A DNA stretch of 63,997 nt, counting the filler, from Catajapyx aquilonaris (taxonomy: Eukaryota): the NCBI GenBank assembly GCA_000934665.2. It is 2 parts of 2 records of this genome, joined end to end, with 100 filler letters (N's around TTAATTAATTAA, not from the genome) between each part and the next. Parts side by side here need not be neighbours in the genome. Positions count along the whole stretch, not along the records: positions 1 to 31,970 come from JYFJ02004465.1; positions 32,071 to 63,997 come from JYFJ02004471.1. One strand, written 5' to 3'. Shown here in pieces: positions 25,691-52,612 of the stretch. Below the pieces are notes generated by a model. The model did not search any database and was not told the origin of the DNA. It saw only the letters and a list, made by a program, of their open reading frames with translations. How positions within the stretch are numbered: position 1 is the first letter of the stretch; each line of letters starts with the position of its first letter. The position numbers and the translations under genes were made by a program.

Positions 25691-26056
25691 AGCCTCACCG
25701 CCTGTGCCAGGCGTCGTTGGCGTCGGAAGAACACTTGTTATCTCGGCGTCCTTTTTTTAAAATCATATTTTGGGCGTCGGCCTGTGCTTTACACGGGCGT
25801 CTGGAGATGCTCACGACGCAGCCGAAGATGGACCTCATGTGGGTAATGGTCAAGCGCAAGGAATTTGGAACAGTAATGGAACAGCAGCTTACATTTCTAA
25901 GGGAAATTGCACGAGGCTCAAATTTGGTGGAAAATTGGCATTGAAAATATTCAGGGAATGTTCGAAATGGAGTTGGCCAGATGCGGAACAAGTTGATCCA
26001 TGTGCACAGTACAATGTGAACTTATTTTTATCTCAATTTCCAGGTAAAAGGCTAAG

Positions 26057-28714
26057 ATGAGTGACGATGGGAATGAAGTGGAGCCGAGCGGGGATTCAGC
26101 ACAACACGGCGGTCGTACGGAGCCGGATCTCACCAGAGGCCATCCGAGAAGTAACGTCACAACCAGCCATGTTGAGTTATTAACCGGAAGACATGAACCC
26201 ATCGTCGACCTGGCATCGACGGACGATGAAGAATATTCCAGTGATGGCTTGCAGGCTGAGGAATATCCGGAGGTTTTGTTAGAGGTCGGGGACATCATGG
26301 ACGTTGAATCATATGTTGACAGTGATGCAGTGGCCGAAGAAGATGACTATTTGGATGCTGATGAATATTCATCTGACAGTCCAAACGATGCGGGCGCAGC
26401 TGCACATGCAAGTCCCGTTCAGACGGTTCAACCGGCATGTTCGACATCAGCGGAGAATCCTGCACCGATGGCTTCCGGGCCGTCAGACAAACTTGTGGAT
26501 GAGGACGACATGACATGCACCATATGCTACGAACAGTTTAATAATTCAGGCAAACATCGACTGGTCTGTCTGAAGTGTGGGCATTGCTTCGGGAGGAGTT
26601 GTATCGAGAAGTGGTTGACAGGCAGGAGAAAGGCATGTCCCCAATGCAACGAGGCAGCAAGGATGAAGGACATACGGCCTCTTTACGTAAGGTGAGGATC
26701 CGGTTCCATTGTTGTAATCCAGTAACCTTGCATGAGTTTTGTTGCTTCAGGGCATTGAAGGCAGTGGACACAACAGAATACGACCAAATCAAGGAGGAGG
26801 TAGAACTTGAGCGTGCAAAGAGGCGTGAAGCTGAATACAAGTCGGAACACTGTCAGCTGCAGATAGAGGAGCTGCACGGGGAACTGACAGTCCTCAAAGT
26901 ACAGGTGCAATCCATGAGAGCAGTTCTGGATCGGAGAGAGGCAGCAGCACCAGGCAACGATGCACGAGCAGCCCCGATACTAAGGCACCAACACTCGTCA
27001 GTACTTAACGCGGCTGGGGGCTGCAGAGTGATGGCAGCCTCAGGAATCATCGGATTGATTGCCGTGTCCCAGGCGGGTGCCACGTCCATAGGGTTCGGAG
27101 TGCGCAAGGTTGGATACATGGATCTCCGCCCTTGTGAACTGGTCCCCAACATACATCAAAAGCCGATCAGAGATATGGCATTTAATCCTAATATGGCTGG
27201 TCTGTTGCTGTCTGTTGGTGAGTAGATTTTTGATCAAATATCCTGCTGTTTCCAATTGCAAATTCGCACCATTTCGACCTTAATATTTGTGCATGTGTAT
27301 GGCAGGGCTCCAGCCATTAGCGACATAGGCTGCCGATTTTGGGAGGGCGTCACAAACTAGAGTTCATTATAACACTATGCAAGAATGCAACACAATTTTT
27401 GTCCATGGGAATTCATCCCTGTTTCCATGCCCTTCTCGTATCCCATAATGACCATTTCGCTCGATTCATTTTGTCTTGTCCATTACACATACATTATAAG
27501 AATCGTAGCCCTGCACATTCTCATGTAGGCCTGTCACTTAAATGCTTTAATAAAATAACATGTACTACAAGAGATTGCTGAAACTTGATATGCAGTGTCA
27601 TGGGTGGAGCTGTGATTTTTTTTCACCAAAATCATAGATGGTCGAGCAACATTTGATTCGAAATGACCCCCGATATTTTTTGATGGATTTTGGTTTCCAC
27701 TGCCCCAAGGTCAAAAACAAAGTTCAGACAACATGAATGGTCATTATAAGTTACAAGCGACGCAAGGAACACGGGAGTAGCAATGAATTCCCATGGACAA
27801 AAGAAAGTTGATTTTTGTTGCATAGTTGTAATAGGTCGTCATATGTTGCAGAGGGGACCCCAAGTGCACTAATCGCCTACGGTGCTGGAGCCCGTCACTG
27901 GTGTATGGTTTGATGATATGATGGACACCTGCATTATTTTCCAGGCATGGACTCGAGAGCGTGCCTTACAAACATGGAATCTAACTCACCAGTGCAATCC
28001 CCACTCCAATGTCCGTCACCTCTCTGGAGCTGCTGTTGGAGCCTCCGTAACAACTACGAGTTCTACACTGGCAGCCAGGCAGGTTGCATAGCTGTGTACG
28101 ACATGAGGAATCTGAGTTCTGCAGTGGTGACAACGCCAGCCGACGAGAATGGTTACAACCGTGTCCCAATATCAAGTATGGCATGCGTGAAGACAACCTC
28201 TGGTGCCTCTGGACTGGTAGCCTGCTCCTTAAATTCGGTGTCGTATTTTCCTGATGAATCAGGTGCTTCCCTACAGAAGCATGTTTTGCCTCTGAGCGGA
28301 TCTTTCATGTCAGCAGCGTTCAATAGCAAAAGTGATCAAATATTGGTGTCTTCCCGAGCCAACCAGCATTCCCAATTTGCCTGCCACAGCGTCCTAAAAC
28401 TTGTCTGTGACACGGATCATAAATGGTCTTGCATTACCGATAGGAAATTTTACGGAGGTGAAAGTAAAACCTTCTTGTCCAGGTCTCGATTTTTGGACAG
28501 TCCCATTCCGAACACAGAACTGATCGGAGCTGGGATTGAAAGTCGGAACAGCGTAAACATATGGGACTGCGTGAATGGAAGCTGCTTGCAGGCTCTTCCT
28601 TCAGGAGGAAGCCATGCTGTTGACCTATGCTCCATTAAATCAGGGCAAGATGCGTTTGTAACTATTTTGAATGATTGCGGAATAGGAGTGTTCAAGTGGG
28701 AGAGCCCCAGGTAG
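26057..28714 (+). CDS. RFWD3: E3 ubiquitin ligase RFWD3 (RING, coiled coil, WD40)
   Basis: Exons 26057-26691, 26751-27217, 27945-28714. RING CTICYEQFNNSGKHRLVCLKCGHCFGRSCIEKWL...CPQCN...DIRPLY, then ALKAVDTTE coiled coil, GGCRVM, HQKPIRDMAF and PLWSCCW. Confidence 0.93.
27303..27900. mobile_element. Degenerate hAT-like MITE in RFWD3 intron 2
   Basis: cagggctccagc at the left end and gctggagcccgtcactg at the right end. Confidence 0.45.
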
Positions 28715-30232
28715 AAAGGGTCCCATCATAATATGCGGACAAGCCCATGTCCAGTGGTTGTCTTGGGATGTTGTAATGAGAAGAGTTGAGTTGTAATATC
28801 AGGTGGCAACATCCTGTTTGGATTTGCCGTGTGTTTAATCGTGTGTATACCAGGTGATGTTATTCTCATTTGTGTGTATGAAAATAAAAATAATTTACCA
28901 TAACAGGGTTTTTATATGATAACGACATATGCTTCGAGTTACATGTTTCAGGCGAAGATCGCCTGGTCTCGCTGAATAAATAAATAAATCAAAATAATTT
29001 ATGACAACAGGTTTTATAGTGTGCTTATATAGGTTATCGAGTGCTTATAGTGTCCTTTCCATTGTTGCCACTGTTTACAAATCGAGTGAGTGACGTGGAC
29101 GACCCAACGATGGGTCTCCTCTGCCTGCTTACACATCAGTAGCAAGGGATACGCAGGGGAATATTGCAGCACCATCATCACCATCATACCTAGCAGAATC
29201 TACATCTACGTAGTGCGATTATGCAGATTCACTTTTTTCATATGAGGCATGTTGTGCCCATATCTGTGGATCGGAAAAAACCAAAACAAGCTAGCTAATA
29301 AAGAACCTTAATTATCCGCAATGCTTAATTGTAACAAATATTTTTCTTGGAAATGAAGACATCCAATATATAGTTATCACGCAGTATGCTTATCAAGGGA
29401 GTCAACTAATCTCTCTATTCCAGGCTTCCAGCAGTTCCAATGGTATTTGTTTCCATTAGTTTTACGAGCACATGTCGCACACTGCAGCTGGAGAAAATCA
29501 CAATTATGGTGAAAATACTTGAAGATGCAAGGTTATTGCCCCCAAAGCCTTGTGCACAAGTCTCAGTACCTAGTACCTAGGATAAACATACCACGTTAAG
29601 TACGCAAATTCTAGTCGACGCAACTTCTGTTTTGCAGAATATGTTTTAGTGCCCATCATTTTGCACTTTACATTTTGCTGGTTGCAATTGACTGACTTGG
29701 AAATAAGGTTTTGAAAGTAGGGTGGCCATTTCCAAATCCGTCCAAAAAGAAGAACGCAGCTGCTATGTGTACAATACATGCCGGTACTACGTACACTTTT
29801 TTTTACTTCATGATAACCGAAACACACAAATTTACTAAATTATTGTACTTAACGCACTAATAACTAAAGTCTTACACCTTAAAATGTAACATAAATCAAA
29901 CGTGTTTTATGGTAAGCTGAAGTTGAAAAATAAAATGCCGTGGAAAATATCAGTCCATATGTCATAATAATTATACCGTACATTTGTCATATTACGACAC
30001 TATACATTGAGATGAATACTATGTATTTTGTGGTATTTGTTCTAAAATACATTTTCAAGACGTTCTGACCCGGGTGGTGTAAATTGAGCCAAGAATACGT
30101 CAATGGTTATTGTGGGCTATACAGTTCCCGAACTTTCAGCTGTTCTACTAGTACAGCCCACGTTAGCCGGTCTTGCAGTGATGGCGCCCTTTCTTTACAA
30201 CAAGTACATGCTGGAGAGAGTGTGAGTATCGA

Positions 30233-30310
30233 AGTAGCGCAGTGGTCAAGTGGTTAAGACTCTCTCTTCGTAACCTGAAGGTTGAAGGATCGAATCCGGA
30301 TAGAAAGACG
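30233..30310 (+). mobile_element. tRNA-derived SINE head / tRNA-like fragment
   Basis: A-box-like tggtcaagtggttaag and B-box-like ggatcgaatcc at tRNA spacing, but the stems do not close. Confidence 0.55.
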
Positions 30311-30431
30311 TCGTTTCTTTTTATCGCAATGGACCTTCCTCTCTGCTGTGCCTTCCTTCATCATTTATTATTACTCTTTGAAGTGCATCTGGTAAATAGG
30401 CTAGACCCTTCCGACACCCACGACTTCGTTG

Positions 30432-30505
30432 CAGCAGAGCGTGGTTCTGTGGTAACGCGTCGGACTCTCGATCGAAGGGTCCTGGGATCTAATCCCGGGG
30501 CTTCT
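30432..30505 (+). mobile_element. Second degenerate tRNA-derived fragment
   Basis: gcgtggttctgtggtaacgc...gggtcctgggatctaatcccgg resembles A and B boxes. There is no complete cloverleaf. Confidence 0.45.
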
Positions 30506-30622
30506 TCGGTTGTGGTCTGGCAAAGGGAAAAAAAATTTGCAGCCGTCATCTCTGGCCAAGATGGCGACTGTTTCTCCGGTGTAACATCTTCCGAGTTGAG
30601 ACTTGGATGGATGTGGAGGAGN

Positions 30623-31876
30623 TTTGGAAATTTTTAAGACACCTGCTTAATGGGAGGGGGCGGTCACTTTTTTCGAAAAAAAAAGTCAAAGAAATAAAAA
30701 GTCAATAAAATGATCAAGTGGCTTCGCCTGTGTTGTCCATCCCGGCAGCCCCCACCCTACGCACCCCATTGTGGATACATTTGTCTTATACCAGGGAGTC
30801 CCATTCTCAAACCTATCACCCCCCCTAATATTTAACTCTACAATTTAAACTACAGATCCAATAAATTCACCGGCACATGCAAATGAATCAGCACACTTTT
30901 TAGGGCATTTTCAATGGTTTGTTGCAGCCTGACCTTTGACCTGAGAGGCCCTAATATTAGGTGTTTGGTCTGGGGCCAGGCCCTACCTCGGTCTCCATCT
31001 GTCGGATCTCTCGTAATGAGACTGTACAGACCACAGTACATAGATATACAGTATGTATCTCTCGATGTGAAGATAGTATGCCCCAAGCCAAATGTAGCAG
31101 TCCCAGTTGGCTGGTATCAGTATGAATGTGACGTAGGCGAGTGGTCACCTCCTTGGGGTCATCAGCAGGACGGACATTCGGCACCATCACCGTTTCGTGG
31201 CATTTCTCTTTGGATTAATAAAATAATAAATCCCCACCCTCTCCTGCTGTGGGTGCTGGAGATGCGCAGATCGTTCGACGCGGTTTTAGACAGGCAAATT
31301 TTCGTGTATGCTTGGTCACCTTCCTGCCTCTTTGACCTTACATATTCCCCTTTCCACCCCCGCCCCGCTACCCACAAGGACAGGCGGACTGCTACATTTG
31401 GCTAGCAGGCTAGAGGCATACTATCTTCACATCGAGAGACATACTGTATATCTATGTGTACAGTCTCATTACGAGAGATCCGACAGATGGAGACCGAGGT
31501 AGGGCCTGGCCCCAGACCAAACACCTAATACTAGGGCCTCTCAGGTCAAAGGTCAGGCTGCAACAAACCATTGAAAGTGCCCTAAAAAGTGTGCTGATTC
31601 ATTTGCATGTGCTGGTGAATTTATTGGATCTATAGTTTAAAATGTAGAGTTAAATATTAAGGGGGGTGATAGGTTTGAGAATGGGACTCCCTGGTATAAG
31701 ACAAATGTATCCACAATGGGGTGCGTAGGGTGGGGGCTGCCGGGATGGACAACACAAGCGAAGCCACTTGATCATTTTATTGACTTTTTATTTCTTTGAC
31801 TTTTTTCTTCGAAAAATTTTCTTCGAAAAAAGTGACCGCCCCCTCCCATTAAGCAGGTGTCTTAAAAATTTCCAAA
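30623..31876. mobile_element. Long-TIR foldback element (~480-bp arms, ~280-bp spacer)
   Basis: 30623-31103 is a near-perfect reverse complement of 31386-31876, with scattered substitutions and small indels. Confidence 0.85.
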
Positions 31877-31970
31877 AAAAATTCTCCCCTCCCCCCTCTT
31901 TCTCCCCCTCTCCACCCCTCTTCCTCCCCCTCTCCACCCCTCTTCCTCCCCCTCTCCACCCCTCCCCCCC

Positions 31971-32070
31971 NNNNNNNNNNNNNNNNNNNNNNNNNNNNNN
32001 NNNNNNNNNNNNNNTTAATTAATTAANNNNNNNNNNNNNNNNNNNNNNNNNNNNNNNNNNNNNNNNNNNN
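31971..32070. other. Assembly gap with artificial TTAATTAATTAA linker
   Basis: N runs flank a 12-mer (32015-32026) that gives stops in all six frames. Confidence 0.95.
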
Positions 32071-32807
32071 GGGGGGGGAGATTGGCAAATATGTAATTTT
32101 TGTGCGGTTGAATAATGTTGTCATGCCGCATGCGTTTGGAGGGTATGATCCAGGGGATGAGGATTTGAACTGTAAAAGTGTCACAGGATGTTACGTTCAT
32201 GAATGACACATTGGACTATTTTTTATGCGCAATTAGAGCTGCACACGCAAATGAGATGCGCACTGCAATGTTGACTGCGAGCTGCCCGAGAGCAACGGCA
32301 GTATATTTTAAATCAACTTGTGAATCTGTCCACAAGCAGTATGAAGATATAAAATGTTACTTTAGTAAAATTTATTAAAATGTAGCCTTTTTGATTGGTA
32401 TTGGTGTTATTACTGTAAATCTTAGCATTGACAAGTGTGAAATCAAAAGGTGCTAATGCCTAATGGTATTGGTTGATAAGAAAGTGACAGCTCATAGCGT
32501 TTGTGGTGGTGAAGATCCTAGTTGTAAGGGATGAGTCTCGTTACTAATAATAGGACTAGACTGGGTATTTTGAGGAGCAGGCCCAAAAGTACTTGATTAA
32601 GCAGCTGTTAAGAACATACCAGGACAGGTTGACACTTATTTCGTTGTCTACAAAGAGTTTAGGAAGCCGGGTATTGTACTATTTACACAATGCCCATCAT
32701 GCATCTTAGAGAGAGTAGGTCTTACAGTGATTGATAGTTGGTAAATTGATAAATATGTATGAAAGGGTTTGCATTGTGGAAGACTGCAAATGATGATGAT
32801 TTTGCAG

Positions 32808-48603
<15,796 letters not shown>

Positions 48604-50710
48604 ATTGATATTCATAGACAAGATGGTGCTCTCTAGTGACATCGCGTCTTTAACACGAGTGAAAATATTGGAGATACCTCTTGGAAAGTTTGCTTGTACA
48701 ATTTGCACCAGGTATCTCCTAAAAGGGCTGACCTGCTCTTTCTCTCTTCTCTCGGTTCTTGTCTCTTTTGTCTCTGCCGCCCCTGTTCATTGTGGATCTT
48801 GCCTCTCCCTCGTTTTCCGCCGCCTCCCTCGCACTTCTTAACAATTACAGTTACAGTCCTCCCCATTTCCCCTCTGCCCTGAATCCTCAACCAACAGTAT
48901 CCATCTGTCTCCCTGGTGAGTGGTGACTTACTGCTCCCAACAGTACTCAGTCACGTCTCTCTATCTCTCTTTTGCTATCGGCTGAAGACAGGGTATTTAT
49001 GATGAGGCTTGTGTCATGTATTTTTTGGAGACTGTATTTATGAAGCTGAGGTGGGGGCTTGAAAAGTCGGAGACGTAAATCTCCGACCGTCTTTGATGAC
49101 TTAATTATTATTTATTCACATGCCTTTCGGATTTTGTAATTGGAAGCAAACTTCGGAGGGAGGTTTTGGGAGCAATTAGCAATGAGTAGTTTTTGGTGAC
49201 GAGTGTATGTTTTGTGTGCATTTGCAGGAAGACAGGGAAAGCGCACTGACATATTACAGGAGTGGAGATCCTACCCACCTGGGATATTTAAATCACTTGT
49301 GGCTCTAATCCCCTCTTGACAGGTAAAAGAGGACGATACAAAAGAGATTAATGATATATCCCTGCTTCCTAAGTCAGTGTTGTACTTCAGTATTTTTTTT
49401 TTTTCATTTCACATTTCTTTGCCCCTCTCGTCCGACCCTTGCCCCCAACCTGCCTGTTTATGATTGTTGGCTTGTAATTACCGCTCGAATTATTGTATCG
49501 CGGAATTAGCATGCCAGCGAGTCTGAAATAATACTTTGTAATGTCAGTACAATCGGTGTCTTATTTTTTGCAATTATATTATACAGTGGTGATTACAGGC
49601 GTTTTATCTCTGTTGTCCCTTGAGTAAGTTGCCACTCGCCTGAGTTTCTGCCCATTTTATTTACCTCGACCTCATTTGTTCCTGCCATACTTGGACCCTT
49701 GTTTTAGAGTGCACTCACACAAGTACATGATAAGTCATTGTCTTTGCTGCATGTGGAATTTAAGGGGGCTGCTTTTGCTAGTTTTATATGTTGTGGTGCA
49801 ACAAAATCATATGATTTTTTGCAAGTGTGGGTTAAGTTTCATGCTTAGTAGTGTCGATGTTTTAATTAGATGTTCTGTTTCTTCAAGGATCCCAATGTTG
49901 CATCACGTAAATGGTCTAAGTAAGTTGAGTGTAGTTGCAATGTGTTGGAATTGGGGTCAGTAACACTATAACTACCATCGAGGATAATTAGGGGGATCCT
50001 GCTGTATGACTGCCACCCCCTGGTGCAGTATAACTAGATGAAAAATGTACCATCATCTGCTCTGTAACAATCCTAACTTTGATGCACCAACCCTCAAAAT
50101 ATTATTCATCCTTCTCTCAACCATGTGCAGCCATGAAGCAGAATGCTCTTGGTATACTGATTGAGTTATGAAGTTACTGCCTAATTATTTAGTGGTTTTG
50201 GGGAGAAAAAGGCCGAAATTGGAAAATGGTGGTACTGTTTGAGGAACTTTTGACCCTTGCGTCTCAAGGAAGTAGCATTGCAATACAAAAGTTAGGGTTT
50301 TGATGAAATGGCCTGAGGTTACTTTTTCCGTAATTTGATCAGATTAAGTTCAGGTTTTTGCAACCCACGTGGGATTTACAGTGCCAGCGACAGTTGCTTG
50401 TGTAATTGGCGACCACACAAATTTTTCTGAGCACAAAATCAGAGGTTGAATGTTGGCAGTGCTCTTGACATAACCTGATATGCTAAGAAAATTACCTGCA
50501 CCATAACTTGCCAGCGTGCATTAGACATGTTGCTCTGCAGTATTAATGGCCTGGGATATGTCACTTGCAACGACATTCTTCTTGCAACGAGTGTATGCTG
50601 GGCCATCAATATGAGATTGCTTGCTTGCATGTGGGGTTCTGTGTTTAAGTGTCATGTCTGTGGAACCAGAAAGTTAATGTGTTGGGCCCCCGACTGGTTG
50701 CCATTTGCAG

Positions 50711-50868
50711 GGTCGTTAAGCAGCCTGGGCCTAGGAGGGCTACCCCCGCCCCTGCCCCCCCCTACCACCACCCTGGGCAATAGGATGGGACTCCAGATGA
50801 TGGCAGCCCCGGAGGATCTCAGTCTCAGTCGCAAGAGCACCAAACATGTCATCTGTCTTGACGATTGA
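50711..50868 (+). CDS. Mi-2: Putative distal alternative terminal exon of Mi-2
   Basis: Acceptor ccatttgcag is phase-1 compatible with upstream donors. It encodes SLSSLGLGGLPPPLPPP...APEDLSLSRKSTKHVICLDD*, a GC-rich island in AT-rich surroundings. Confidence 0.7.
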
Positions 50869-52541
50869 AAAAAAGAAAATCTCGTGAAACGAAGGAAAAA
50901 AAAAAAAACTTGAGGAGACATTGTACCCTGACCCCAACCCTTGCCTGAGAAGAAAATGGGAGCGTGAATGGACAGCGAGAGTTTGAGAGAGAGAGTTTTA
51001 GGACAGTTCTTTGCATCGTATCTCCCCCGCCCTTGCCCCACTGTCAATTCCCTCTTCTCTTTGCCACGTTTTTTCATATTTGTAGGTGTCGTTATAGTGT
51101 GGCTTGACAATGACTTAAGTTATTATTTAGAGGGAAAAAAAAAGATTTAAAAAAAAACAGTAGTTAGGGGCACGTGTTGGGATGGTGGCCGAAATGTGAC
51201 CCAAAATTATTTTTTAACCTCTTCACTGTTGAGGTAACCATGCGAAAAGAAATTTTTCCGCATTTAAGTGTCGACATTCCAGTTGCTGACTATGGTTTTC
51301 TTGACAAGAACAACTGCTGGGCCGCTTCTCATGAATACACGATACCTGCAAATGTCAAAAGTAATTCAATCACGTGGAAGAAGGATTTTATTTGTCCTCT
51401 TTTTATATGAAAAAAAAAGATAATCAATGGGGTTTTAAAAAGTTTCAAAGAGGTTGACAACTGGTGATCTGTGTGGCTTCAAATGACAGTTACTCTTAAC
51501 AATCTGAATGTCATTCATTGAGATAGTGGAATGTATGATATTGTTCACTTGAGATTTGTAGTCCCCCCTCTCCCTACCTTCCCTGCTCCTTCCCCCTTTC
51601 CCCCCCATCCATGTGACCCCGTTTGGAAAATTACAAATCTGATTTGGATTATTCCACGTTGATGTTTATTTTTCTACCTGAACTGCAGATCCGGGACCAT
51701 CTATTTCAGGCCAGAGGAAACTGCTGTTGCACGCACTAATTGTCGCATTGGTGGATGAATCTTGCGGGACATTGCGTGCATAACCGTACACCTGTGGACA
51801 GCAAGAGGCTACCGGAATCAGCAAATGCAAGCGAGGGATAATCTTGAGTGAAGTTATTTATTACCGTAATAGTGCATCGTGGATGGAGGTATTCCATCCG
51901 AACCACTACGAATTGCAGCAGGCTCCTCTGCCGAGAGAATATAGGGATCTCTTGCACTTGCAAACCAATTAATTAACCCATCTCTTTGGTCGACAGGGAG
52001 ATTGATTATCATCCAATAGCACCATCGGATCGAGGCTCCTTCACTCAATAGGCAGAGGAAAAAAATTCATTCACAATCGTCACAGTCCAAAAGGGCCAAC
52101 TATGCAACCGTGAACTTCAAGGAGTTGCACCGACTGCGCAGTGTCCAAGTGTGTGTAGTCTTCAAAAATTCGTTGCAAAATGGAAGTCTTAACAATTGTG
52201 ATGAAATCATACAATGTTTTTTTTTTCTAACCTAGAGCTGCTTGACCCAAAGAATCTGATGTAAAGCGAAGCGCCTGTGTGCGACAAAGTGAGGAGAAGG
52301 AAGGGGGAAGGACGACAAGCGATTTGAACGGATATCGAGTTATTTAGGAATATAAAAAGACTGGAACGTACTCTGCTAAAATCGTGCACATCTTTTTTCT
52401 TTTTTTTTCATGTTTGTTGAAAAGACGGACAAATCTTAAGTTTGCCGTACAAAAAAAGTGCTCCGTTCTGATGCTGACGTGACAGACTTGTGAAATAGCT
52501 ATTCTTTAAAACTCCAAAATTTTTTGGGGGCTTCTTACATA

Positions 52542-52612
52542 CAGGGTGTACTGTTACACAGCAGTTATAACGGCTAGTAACTGCTTAATAACGAGCAGCT
52601 TGTACCACCCTG
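52542..52612. mobile_element. Miniature mariner-like MITE
   Basis: TA|cagggtgtac...gtaccaccctg|TA. Confidence 0.6.

Noticed and set aside
30233..30505. Functional tRNA genes
   Set aside because: A and B boxes are present, but the acceptor and anticodon stems do not pair. Treated as SINE-like relics.
30850..31502. ORFs inside the foldback element
   Set aside because: They have no recognisable transposase motifs and are mirrored on both strands because of the inverted repeat.
32015..32026. TTAATTAATTAA palindrome between N runs
   Set aside because: It is an artificial six-frame-stop scaffold linker, not biological.
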